Shown: positions 20,572 through 31,350 of the stretch, piece after piece
Numbering within the stretch: position 1 is the stretch's first letter
Layout of the letters: the number at the start of each line of letters is the position of its first letter
Assembly (NCBI GenBank): GCA_004431415.1
Contig: QPMI01000568.1
Location: 52,183 to 116,182 of the forward strand
Source of the DNA: Cyanophora paradoxa CCMP329
Taxonomy: Eukaryota; Plantae; Glaucophyta
Length of the DNA: 64,000 nucleotides
Reading direction: 5' to 3'
Program-made: the position numbers and the translations under genes
Notes under the pieces: generated by a model
What the model saw: only the letters and a program-made list of their open reading frames with translations
What the model was told of the DNA's origin: nothing
Databases searched by the model: none

Positions 20572-22130
20572 ATGCCTCAGAAGATTGTTTTATCGTTGTC
20601 TGGTGGAGGTGCGCGTGGTATTATCATAACAAGGTTACTAACAGAAATTGAAAATAGAACTCGAAGACGTATAATAAATCTTGTCGATCTTGTAAGCGGA
20701 ACATCCACAGGTGGTATAATTGCGATTGGGTTAAATATCAGACATCCTGAGATGCCCAATGAACCAAAACTAACAGCTAACGATTTGCATAATATTTATC
20801 TTACACAGTTACCGTTAATTTTTGCGAATCCGCGAAATATCATTGAAAATGCCCTTTTCAATACAAAATACGATGCTACACCACTGGAAAGTGCGATTTA
20901 TTCAGTAACTGGTGAATCACTCATAAGAGATTCTCTAAAAGACATTGTGATTACATCTTTTGATACTCAATATATGAAACCAATATTTATAACAAACGAT
21001 AACAAATACAATTTTTTGCCGAATAAAATAGTAGCGCGTGCTACATCTGCTGCTCCAACATACTTTTCTCCTGTTAGCATTGTAGATTTCAATAATGGCG
21101 TAATTGCTTCTCTGATTGATGGCGCAATTTCAGGAAACAATAACCCAAGTGTATGCGGTTATAGTCATGCAAAAAAGATTTATAATGAAGATGACGAAAT
21201 TATAGTTATAAGTATATCTTGTGGTGAGGTTGATGCAAATTTAGAATCTGAATATTTCGGATATGCTTATGAGACTGTGAATAGCTGGGGTATTCTTTCA
21301 TGGATTGCTTCAACAGAAGGAAGCCCATTAATTAATATGCTAATGGCTGCAAGCGAACTATCCGCTCTTGATAAAATGGAAGAATTACTACCTCCAAATC
21401 TTGACCAAGGATATAATAGATATTTCCGTCTTTCTGTTCCGCTTCCAAATGATATAGTTCGATCACTTGATGATACATCTAAGATACCTGAAATGCTCGC
21501 ATTCACTGAAACGTATATTGCTGCAAATGACGCTATGATAAATAGACTCTGTGATTTACTTGTAACAAATTATGAGATTAATAACCCTGTCAGATCGTAT
21601 ATATCTTCCACTCTTAATAACATACCTCCCATTGACGCTAATTGGTATCTTCTGTCAGATAATGCGTTTTCTGCTTCGTCTGCGAAATTCGGAAAAGAGG
21701 CATTTAAAGCCCGCCCATCATTAACAGGATGGGAAGCGAACGCATCCGCCATAAACGGAGTATGGGAAACGCCAACTGAATATTTGCAAATTGCTTTTCC
21801 ATATACATATGAAATCGCTTCTATAATTGCTTATGGTTCAGGTATAACAACTGCGTTTATTAAAACTTTCAATGTTGCGACATCGCAAGATGGTTTAACA
21901 TGGTCCTTCATCAAATCTGATGGTGTAAATAGAATCTTTGTATGTGAAAATATAAATAATGCTAATAACTCTGGGATGTATCATATGCTACGGGTTTCCC
22001 GCTTATAATTAACGATGTATTTAATATACGTTATTCTTTGAGAATTCAATATATTCGTATTTATCCATTAGTATATATAAATGCTCCAACTATGAGAGTC
22101 GATGTGTCGGGTTCATTTATTAGAAATTAG
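20572..22130 (+). CDS. Patatin-like phospholipase with C-terminal F5/8 type C (discoidin) domain; frameshift near 21975
   Basis: GGGARG, GTSTG, SAAPTYF and DGA motifs; discoidin motifs (EYLQI, YIRIYP, MRVDV). The element C copy (50804-52345) is intact. Confidence 0.88.
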
Positions 22131-23425
22131 AGCTTTTCAGTTCCATTTATTGTAAGTTTTTTTAATTCTCTTGTTACTTTGTTTTTTTTCTTTAATCTTG
22201 CTTGTAAAAGCGGTTCTTCTGGGACATCATCCGCTTTTTCGATGCCTTCCTTACGAATCGCCGAATCAACCCGGGCTTCTTCTTTCGCTTGTTCAAGTGC
22301 ATCCACTGTGGGCGCTTCGTGATACTCAACACCTTTGATAGGTAACAGTTCGTGGAAAGCGAATCTCCCTTCGACCATTTCGCCATTTGGATTTCGCAAC
22401 CTGAACTTGAAACCCTCTCTCCCTTCGACAGTATAGACGATTCGCGACCAATTGACACCCTGTTTAGCGAATGGGTTCTTTTCTATTCTCACTCTCACAA
22501 ACATACCCTGTTTCACGCCATCTAAGTAAGCAATTGATTTCTTGAACCTCTCATCTTCTAAACCAATAATCTCTCTATAATGCTCTTCCGTTGTTTCTGC
22601 TGGTTTTCTCTTAGTTGCCGAGTGGATGGTATTGTTATAGTTATACTCTATGTCTCCCAATACATCGAAGAATCGCGCTGTGTTGTTTGCTATGCAATAG
22701 TTCGTGATCAATCGTTTGATCTGCTTGTTAAACGCTTCGATTCTACCTTGGCTTCGATGATCTGCGACATCGCTTATCTGATGGTCTATGAACTTCTTAG
22801 CAAGGTAATTCGTGAACATCGTATTTGTGAACTCGCTTCCGCTGTCACTCTGAATGCGAGCGATAGGTCGCGGAACTCTTCGTTGTAACTGCTCAAACGC
22901 CGCAAGCGCCGTAAGAGCGCTCTTATCTCTCATCGGAATGATGTAACCGGTGCGTAAAGTCGATTCCATCGCGGACATGAACGTATCGTAACCGTCGTTT
23001 TGGTTCTTGTATGCCGGGAAAAAGAGCAGATCGATTACGTAGGTATCGAGAGGTTGCCGAATCGGAATCATTGGGTCTCTCTTTCTTGAAAGGGTCGGTG
23101 CGTTTATCTGAACAACTTCCTGTTTATCATACCATTCTCTCATCTTCTTGTAGTCTTCCTCTGGTAGTTCCTTTCTCATTGCCCCGAAACCCTTGTAACC
23201 TGTGCGCGGATCGTAAAACTTCTTCGCGATCTTCGATTCTTTCGTTACAGTCTCAGTAGGCAATGCCTCCGGGATCAGTTCTTTAACCATCTCAGACTTC
23301 TTCAAGATTCGTGTGTTCTTCTCTTCGACCGGAATAGTGATCGGTAGCATGTTCCCTTGGTCTTCTTTCATGCTCTTCTTTACAATTTTAGGGACGGGTC
23401 GCAATCCTATCTGTGCTGAGGGCAT
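22127..23425 (-). CDS. Retroviral-type (rve) DDE integrase
   Basis: YVIDL, IQSDSGSEF, GRIEAFNKQIK, YNNTIHSATK. The 6-bp TSD fits this enzyme class. Confidence 0.92.
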   Translation of the reverse strand: MPSAQIGLRPVPKIVKKSMKEDQGNMLPITIPVEEKNTRILKKSEMVKELIPEALPTETVTKESKIAKKFYDPRTGYKGFGAMRKELPEEDYKKMREWYDKQEVVQINAPTLSRKRDPMIPIRQPLDTYVIDLLFFPAYKNQNDGYDTFMSAMESTLRTGYIIPMRDKSALTALAAFEQLQRRVPRPIARIQSDSGSEFTNTMFTNYLAKKFIDHQISDVADHRSQGRIEAFNKQIKRLITNYCIANNTARFFDVLGDIEYNYNNTIHSATKRKPAETTEEHYREIIGLEDERFKKSIAYLDGVKQGMFVRVRIEKNPFAKQGVNWSRIVYTVEGREGFKFRLRNPNGEMVEGRFAFHELLPIKGVEYHEAPTVDALEQAKEEARVDSAIRKEGIEKADDVPEEPLLQARLKKKNKVTRELKKLTINGTEKL

Positions 23426-23452
23426 CTTTACTTTATTTTCAATATATTAATA

Positions 23453-23614
23453 ATGGACGAGCCGGTTTGGACAGAACACCCAAAACCAAACTACTTTGCG
23501 ATCGATCCAAACGACCCCGGTTTAAGGTGCATATGGTTGCTGCATCTGATCCGTGGTTTACTGCTACTTGGAGATCGAAAAAATAAAAAGAGAAGTATTG
23601 AGCAAGTATATTAA
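23453..23614 (+). CDS. Unannotated 53-aa micro-protein between integrase and pPolB
   Basis: MDEPVWTEHPKPNYFAIDPNDPGLRCIWLLHLIRGLLLLGDRKNKKRSIEQVY*. Conserved with identical length at 54237-54398. Confidence 0.75.
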   Translation: MDEPVWTEHPKPNYFAIDPNDPGLRCIWLLHLIRGLLLLGDRKNKKRSIEQVY

Positions 23615-26600
23615 AGACCAAATGGAATGCTGTGAATGCCGTCGGCTGATATCTTCCGTTTGCTATCGAGTTGGTTTAGAGCGACCCTTCTGCTCTCCAA
23701 GTCATATAAGTTGTGGTCTTGCCTTCGCTTGTTTGTTACTGATACTGTTTTTATGATGCCTTCGAACAGACATCTCTTAAAATCATCAAAATGAACCTCT
23801 TTCGAGGAAGTCCCCGACATCTTTACTCTTTCGTTGGTCTCAGTTCTGAAAGCATAGAGTTTCGATCTCAGACCCACATACTCCATGATCTTTGCATTTG
23901 GGAACTCATTTTTATATTTACCTGGAACCATGCGGTTTTTGATACTCACGAGAGGATGGGATTTATCGTAATTGCTCCTATCGAGATACTCACCTATCTC
24001 TTTCATATCTTCGTTCAGATTATTGGTTTTCAGGAAAAGACAGAACGAATCGGTATCGTGGAACAGTAGTTTAGCTGTTTCCCACTTCCTCCTTACCACA
24101 TCGTAGAAGAACCGATAATTATGCAGCTTCGCGAAATCCAAAACGAAAGCGCCAATTGCTACGGGTTTATCTAAGTTAACATGCTTCGAATACATCTCAA
24201 AGGCAACTGCGTTTTCGTTTAATACATTGGTCGCCTTGATAAGCGGACTTGCTGCGTATTTCTTACAGAGTTTCTCACTGTTAGCGATCTTGACAGTTGA
24301 GCGACCCCTGCAAGATTCCAAACATTTACCGTAAATTGCATTGTTCATGAGTTTAAAGAAGTCGCTTTCGAAATGGTTAGTAGATTCATGCCTGAGAAGA
24401 GTATTCAGACCAATGTAAGACTTCATGAATGGGGAAGTAGCGAATGAGAGAACTTTATGTATCTTTTTTAGAACGACACCCTTTTCAATGATGTAATTAA
24501 GAAGAGGTCGAGCAATCACGTATTTATTCTTGGGCGTAAATGTCGCTGTAAGTTTGGGGTCTTTGCTGATCTTTTCGCCCGTCAGATCTAATAGTTTACG
24601 TTGATAATCACCAAGCATTTCAGCGGTAATCACTTCTTTATTCACAATCAGTGGAAATCGTAATGATCTTCAAAAGTTGTGGGGTATTCAAGATCTACTT
24701 CAATAAATGCGCTTCGTCCCTCTACCTCTTTAAGTGCCTCTGTGATGTCTTCCCATCGATAATCTCCGATTGGTAGTGGTTGACTGAGAGCATAACCATA
24801 AAGATTATTTGCATCCAACAGAACTATATGATCGTTGGGGTTCTCTACCTTTGCGTATCGTGTGGGCATGGTAGCAAATCCACCGCGAATGGCTCTCTCA
24901 ACAAATTCGTATTTCTCTACATCATCGATTAGTTCAATCTTAACTTTCGTATGTTTTAGCATAGCATCCCAAGAGAGACCCGGTGCGCTAACATAATGTG
25001 CGGGATCCAATCCGTATTGAGAAAACGCCAATTTGCGAAATGCTTCAAACTTTCTCATTAAATCGCCTACATCCACAGATTGGAAATCCATAAAATGGGA
25101 AGCATCTATGAACTTCCACATGCCCCATTGAAGCGATAGGTATTGATCGAAATTCTTGCTCAGAATCTCAACACGTAGTTTATCATCTTGTTGGGCAATT
25201 TTGCGGAATATTCCGTGTCCGCATTCATCCATGTGATCGACCACGATAGCTACTTTGGTTTGCTTTGAGATTCGCCGGTGGAGGTTACAGTTTCGGCATG
25301 CCTTTCCGATGAAATCGCCGGATTGGTGGCAATGATCGCGAACCGGGAAGTTTTCGTGGGTGAATCTCTGAGAGCAAATGTAACAGTGTTTTGTTACCTT
25401 GTATTCCGCCTTCTGATCGTCTGTGAGTGGATGCATCGGAATGTTTCTAAACAGCGTCTCAACGATTTCGGGTCTAATATCTTGTAGAGTAGCAAAGAGA
25501 GAACCAAGCGGATCGGCTCCCTCGAAATGGTATGCTCTCACTTCATCTCCCATTACCACTCTCAATGAAACCGCTTTGATCTCACGTTTACTCCTCTGAG
25601 CATCAATAGCGACCGAATGATCTTCGACTTTAACGTAACAGATCACAGGGAGCCACACAGTTTTACGCAAGTGTTGCAGACCGAATTCAATTACGCTTCC
25701 CGCTTTTGGGCATTTGCCTTTGCTCTCCCTCCAATCAATGCAGCGATTCGCTTCAACATGCATGTCTAATTTCTCCTGAGTTCTGAAACGCGACAAGCAG
25801 GTTTCACAGTAGTAAATGCGACCATCACATGCTTTATCAAACGTAGTTTTCAGAAGACGACTAAAAGACATGATAGTAATGTAGTGTCCCCGATCATCTT
25901 CGGTGTTTTCGATAAGTAAAAGATTAATCTTGGTCTTTCTTCTTGGGTTACTTGATTGATGGAGAGGATAGAAACACTCTTTGGCGTTATCGGCTCCGTA
26001 AATGTTAATAGAGAGTTCGGGGTTTAGTTCTTCGAAACGATCGATTACCTCAGCATCACATGCAACGGGAAACTGAATACCATCGAAATTGAGTTCATTT
26101 AACCAACGGCGGTATTGGCTTGGTTCGTTACTCTTGTGTTTGTTAATGTCCTTTCGATGCAGGTAAGCCAAAATCGCATACTTGAAGCAATCTTGACCGT
26201 CGATATTCTTAACGTTCACCGTTGCCTTCTTGGATGCAATCCATTCGGGAGTTGCGAAATAGCATCCTCCCACAGGTGCATAAGACATGATAATGCCTCT
26301 AAGTATTTCGATCTTCTCCAAACGGTAACTATCCACTTGCGTCATTTCCTCTTGCATTTTCTGTAACGCTTTGCGAACTTCTGTGTCTATGTTGCGGGAT
26401 CGGGTAATTACGAAATAATCGCTGTAAATGAATTTGGTGATATAGATGCGCGGATTACCTACTTTGGTGAACTTGCAAACGAAAGTCAGACGGACTTTAA
26501 CGGCTCTCAGTTGCTCTAAGCGGGTTCTAATGCGTTGCGGTAGACTTGGTGCGATTCTTTCGAGGAATTCGATAGCATCCACGACAACTTCATTTCGGGC

Positions 26601-26891
26601 GCGATAGGTCAACCACGAATACGCTTGATTCATCGCTTGTCCATCTTCGATATCCGGTTCAATTGCTCCTAATCTCTGTCCTTCACCCATAAATTCCTCC
26701 ATTCGTTGCATGCGATCGTAGAGGTCATTTGCAATCTCAGTGAGTTGACCTAATCGCGGTCGTCTATCTAAGATGGCGGCTTCTCTATCGTATTCCGCTT
26801 CGGTGATCTCACCTGTAACTAAGAGAGTTCCTAACAATCCAAGTATTTCATTTTTCTTTTCTTTGATCAGTCTGTTCGTTTGGCGGGGCAT
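23611..26891 (-). CDS. Protein-primed family B DNA polymerase (vOTU-like and endonuclease-VII-like domains; degenerate exonuclease); one frameshift near 24655
   Basis: NIDGQDCFKYA...GHYITI, VRDHCHQSG...CRNCN, YGLDPAHY.SAPGLSWDAMLK, IRGG, DANNLYG, KLMNNAIYGK, HDTDS, GLRSKLY. Confidence 0.92.
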
Positions 26892-26933
26892 CTTTGCTAT
26901 AAAGGAACATTTTTATTTTGGATTTTGAACGCA

Positions 26934-27092
26934 TTAAGTTCTAATGATTCTCACCGTTGTTTCCTTTGGAATATATATAGTAACATAGTTTCTCTTCCGC
27001 CTGTTATTGATACCACAATTATACTTTATGAACTTTGCAACCTCTTCCAAATCACCTTCCACAATTGATTGGTTCATTTTGACGTTATTCAT
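26934..27092 (-). CDS. Small hypothetical protein
   Basis: C-terminus VTIYIPKETTVRIIRT matches VNVYVPKGTNVRIIRT of the syntenic ORF 57728-57919. Upstream AAAAAATTGAC motif. Confidence 0.6.
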   Translation of the reverse strand: MNNVKMNQSIVEGDLEEVAKFIKYNCGINNRRKRNYVTIYIPKETTVRIIRT

Positions 27093-27151
27093 TTTCAACT
27101 GAGACACACGTTCAATTTTTAAATCACCAGTCAATTTTTTATTTTTTATTC

Positions 27152-27244
27152 GGTGTAACGGGTGTAACAGGTAAATCCCAAAGTTTTCGGATTTTCACCT
27201 CCCTAGGAGCAAACTTTGGGATTTACCTGTTACACCTGTTACAC
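27152..27244. promoter_or_regulatory. Internal copy of the TIR iteron palindrome; putative replication origin downstream of the helicase gene
   Basis: Near-identical to 11029-11121 and 37498-37590. Confidence 0.7.
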
Positions 27245-27311
27245 TTACTGTTTTCAGTAAGGTTATAAAAAAAGTATGAATTATCAGTAAGAATAGTATG
27301 TTTTGTTGTAA

Positions 27312-29649
27312 TTAGTTGGGAGCCTCTACGTCGTCGTCGTCGTCCTGAATCATAATCTTTTTTTTCAGTCCGAAGTAACCACGCTTCACCTGACCTCTTT
27401 CTCGAACAGTTTCAGACTTCACATTAAAGACTTCGCGGACTCGCTTTCCAATACTCGTGGCATCGGTTTTATCATCAACATAACGATAGCCAGCAATGAT
27501 AGATTCACTCGAAATGAAATCATTTCGGCTTCCGGTCTTCTCATAAGTGCTGCGGAGCCATTCCCCGATTTTATCGTTATCATTAAAGTATTCAAGTCCC
27601 TGATCGATGATAGACTGTGGCGGATTCATCAGCAGCTGTGCAAGATCCTGTTTCTTCCACATGTCCAAGAAGATCGACATTTGAGCCATCTTGTATTCGT
27701 CGTCATTCATGATGGACATAAGCGAAGTATCCGCTTTCTTCTCACCAGGTTGAGGGTTGGGCTTGAAGACACAAGAGAAACGATAGTAAGAGAGTCGCCG
27801 GTAAATCGCAGCATCGGGTTTACTCATCCCAGGTTCTCATTCGTCGATAAGAAGATTTGACCCATAGGAATGTAGGTAACAGGATCTTTGAACAGGGCGC
27901 GAACCTTCATCTCGTTACCACCTGTAATCTCTTTGATCTTGCTAATTTGAAGCTTGTCGCCATCTTCCGCTTCATTTGAAAAGATAATGCGACGACCCAG
28001 AATATCGGCAAGTTCAGGTGTAGCGTCTGATGCATTCTTTTTCGGTTTCGTCCAATATGACATATTGATTGTTCCGAAATACTGTCCGAATGTTTGCTTG
28101 ACCATCTCCTGAACGAGAGATTTACCATTGGCTCCAATTCCAGTCCAGAAATTGAACTTTTGAATATCTGTGCGACCACTCAGAGAGAAAGCGATCGAAC
28201 CCATCACGAAATTGCGCTCAATTTCCTCTTCGATGATGTCAGAGTAGATGGAAAGGATCTTGGCGACTTTCACAGAATCCACCTCGGGGCAATAATCATA
28301 ACCAACAGTCTTACTGATCATGTCTTCTGGGAGTCCCCTTCGGAAAGTCATAGAATTCAGATCAAACACGCCATTTGTGAATCCAATCACATTGGTAACA
28401 GTATCAAGTCTCTCGAAGAATGTCTTATCGTTCATCAGAACTGTGAGATCAGACAGAAGAGAAGTTCGGTAATTAGTCTGTTTGAGTTTCTTTGCGATAC
28501 CAAGAAGAACCTGTGATCTCTCCTCCAAAGACGCACGATTCTCTTCATCACGAAGCGCTCTCTGAGCGAATTGCACAGCACGTTGAAGATAAGCCGGGCA
28601 AACCCTGCAACTCAAACACAGATAGATTCGTTTCCCGGTCTCATCCATCTCCCAGATTCCGTAAGCCTCGTTGAACTTGAACCACGTCTTGTTTGAATAC
28701 TTGTAGCTGTCTCGCAGAACAAGAAAAGCAACCTGGGCAACATCATAATGTCCGCCATCAGATCCAATCGACCGATCAATTAGCTTTTCAATCTGAACAT
28801 CGGTATCAGCTTGAACGCGAACCGTCATAACTCGCTTCTTGCAATTGGTGCTATAACTCGAAACAATATACTTGTCTTTCTCGTTCCTTGAAGTATATAC
28901 CAATTGTTGGAGTCATGGCTTCCCTTGCAGCAGGGACAAATCAGACCTTTGTTCTCAGCAGTGAAACTGTAACCCTTCTCGGTCTCATTAATGATTGTGG
29001 GTAAGATGAAACCAAATTCTTCAAGTTTCCGGAGAATGTGTTTCTGCAAATCCTCTTCAATGCTCCTATCAATAGAAGAGTGTCCGCCTTTCGGAAAAAG
29101 GTAGTTGTCAATCATCCACTTTTGGAGTTCAGCACTCGGTTCGATCAACTCACAGCCTTCCGCCCATGGTTCTCTGATCCAAGTTTTACCGGGGCTTGGG
29201 GAAACGTTGATCAACCCAGCAGTTCCAGTGGACGCAATTGTCTTACAGTCGATCTTAGGATAACCTTTGAAAGCACCCGCTTTATCCCAGATCTTCACAG
29301 CATCGAAGTCAGAAGGACGAGAGAAGTAAACATGATATCCTTTTTTGGTTTTAGCAAGAGGATTGACACCACCGAAATCATCGGGGAATTGCTCCTCGAA
29401 TTTGGTGAAATCCTCCTCTTGGTCGAAGTCGATAACCACGATATTGCGAGCGAGAATGCCCCAAGCAACATACTTACCGGATTTCAGGGCTTCATCGAAT
29501 TTATCCCAAGTCCACGATCCGTCTTTATGGGCGAAAAGGGGTTTTTTGGTATCGGGATCAACGGGTATTACGATATTCTCAGACAGGACATCGTCTTCAC
29601 GAAGCCAATCAACAAGGCGTTTCAGGGATTTCTTGGCGGCAGCGTTCAT
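27312..29649 (-). CDS. Bifunctional primase-polymerase (PrimPol) fused to D5-like SF3 helicase with C-terminal winged helix; two frameshifts (near 28890 and 27830)
   Basis: WGILARNIVVIDFD...KTKKGYHVYF; CPCC...H; IGFTNGVFDL; WTGIGANGKS; FSNEAE; IKEITGG; C-terminal RGYFGLK. Confidence 0.88.
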
Positions 29650-29855
29650 TTCGATAATCGGGGGTGTCTTATCTATGATGGAGAAAAGAGTTTCTCCGGA
29701 TTCCTGTCATTTTTTGGCGGCTAACCTTTAAGTGGTTGATATCTCTTCAATTACCAAAAACGGCAATCGGGAGATGGTTACGGATCTATCGAAGCATATC
29801 GATAGACCGCTCGAAAAATGAGTAATTGGGTTCAGCGGTCAAATGGGGATTTCCC

Positions 29856-30092
29856 TTAATACTTTCGTGGACGTCCCCGCGACTTGTTTTCAATTCCCTC
29901 CCGCTCCTTACGACGATAATATGAAGCGAGCGATTGCGCCTTCTTATACTCCCGATAAACCGGGTCTTCGTTGTAGAGCGTTCGCTTCCTGAGAGCATCT
30001 CTCATCTTGTAATTGGCGCGGGTCTCCTCTTCTTCTTCGCCGAATTCGATAACACTAATCATGTCTTCGGTTATATGAATTACAGTCGCCAT
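29856..30092 (-). CDS. Small basic protein with C-terminal AT-hook (RGRPRK)
   Basis: Ends SRGRPRKY. Syntenic ORF 60825-61052 ends VGRPRKY. Start placed at MATV (30092). Confidence 0.65.
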   Translation of the reverse strand: MATVIHITEDMISVIEFGEEEEETRANYKMRDALRKRTLYNEDPVYREYKKAQSLASYYRRKEREGIENKSRGRPRKY

Positions 30093-30300
30093 GTTCCCTT
30101 TTATATATAGTTGAGAAAATCTTTTACCACTCTGTATTATGCCTGATGTCTTTAAGTATTTTATGGTGTCATTTTTTGATGACCAAAGCCAGTTGGTGTC
30201 TACGTTCCTCAATTGCAGATTTAACAGCGTAAATCTTTCGTTTCGATAGTATGATGGAGTAGATCTCTTCGTGTGACATTTGATACTTTTACCGGATATT

Positions 30301-30567
30301 TTAATTTCCGTAATGGTCAAATGCCCGTCTTCGTAAGTCATCGCTATTATCTACTGAAAAACGGTGACCCGGTTCCGGTGTAGTCGATCGAGAGTGATTC
30401 CCAGCGGATCCGGAAGCATTTGATCCCCTTCGAGATCGTCTACCTTCTGTTTCATTATCTTCGTTGTCTGAGAAACCAACTTCTACCGTTGTATCACAGC
30501 ACCCACTGTGACAATTGCTTACCACATGGATATTAAACATCTCTATGATCTTTTGCAAGAATTCCAT
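30301..30567 (-). CDS. Small hypothetical protein (SNCHSGCC motif)
   Basis: N-terminus MEFLQKIIEMFNIHVVSNCHSGCCDT conserved in 61254-61487. Confidence 0.65.
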   Translation of the reverse strand: MEFLQKIIEMFNIHVVSNCHSGCCDTTVEVGFSDNEDNETEGRRSRRGSNASGSAGNHSRSTTPEPGHRFSVDNSDDLRRRAFDHYGN

Positions 30568-30590
30568 GTCTCTATAAAGAAATACATATT

Positions 30591-31322
30591 TTATAGCCAA
30601 ACTCTTCGCTTGTATGCTGTTGGAGCTACACCTTTCTCAACTTCCGCTTTCGTAGCACCAGGTTCAACAGTTCCCTTTTGGGTCTTTGTCTTCAACTCAT
30701 CAACCGCTTGTTCGTCAATTTGAGTCTCCTTCTTACCAATGAATTGTTTATCGGGAACACCAGTAATTCCCATTCGGAATACTTCTTTGCGCAGCATTTC
30801 CTTGATTTTCGATCGCTCCTTCTTCTCAGTTACATACTGTTCAAGAGCGCTTGATTTCGCTTCCAGATCCTTTAATTTAGCGGTCATCTCATCCCATTGC
30901 GCTTTCGGGATCCGGTGGATGTTTTGAGTTGGCGCAACCTTGTAAGTTACTTCACCAGCCATCGATTGAATTACCTTGTCGGATTCTTTTGAAACACCTT
31001 CACCTTTGCGAGCGAGTGAAAGATCTTGCAGACCCAGTCCGCGATCATCGGCAGCACCGATAATTCGACGCGCACCTTCACCGACCGCCTTCATCTTCGA
31101 GACTTCCGGTGAAATGTTCAGTTGCTCACTTTGGGAGGTCTGCGGCGCTTTATCACCGGGCGCTTCTTCATACGCCGCATTTAAGGGGTCTTCTTCCTGT
31201 TGCGATGGTTTCACTTCGCTCATTCCGTTGAATTTCATCGGTGTAGTGTTGAGAGATCCATTACTTTCACCGCCGGAATATGACATAGCACCAGCGGGAA
31301 CACCTCTACGTTTCGGCGGCAT
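30591..31322 (-). CDS. Hypothetical coiled-coil protein (possible core protein)
   Basis: 243 aa; conserved, with frameshifts, at 61515-62238. Confidence 0.65.
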   Translation of the reverse strand: MPPKRRGVPAGAMSYSGGESNGSLNTTPMKFNGMSEVKPSQQEEDPLNAAYEEAPGDKAPQTSQSEQLNISPEVSKMKAVGEGARRIIGAADDRGLGLQDLSLARKGEGVSKESDKVIQSMAGEVTYKVAPTQNIHRIPKAQWDEMTAKLKDLEAKSSALEQYVTEKKERSKIKEMLRKEVFRMGITGVPDKQFIGKKETQIDEQAVDELKTKTQKGTVEPGATKAEVEKGVAPTAYKRRVWL

Positions 31323-31350
31323 TGTATATTTATAACATACAGAGATAATT

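Noticed and set aside
24645-24660. Genuinely split two-gene polymerase, and three-gene primase-helicase, in element B
   Set aside because: Element C reads through the same junctions (DHYDFPLVVNKE; IVQGKEKDKY; NLGISKPD), so these are single-base deletions.
29038-29731. Long plus-strand ORFs antisense to the primase (also 28094-28516, 32669-33196, 36783-37358, 16912-17556)
   Set aside because: Antisense shadows of real genes or repeats, with no motifs. Similarity between B and C is explained by the sense gene.
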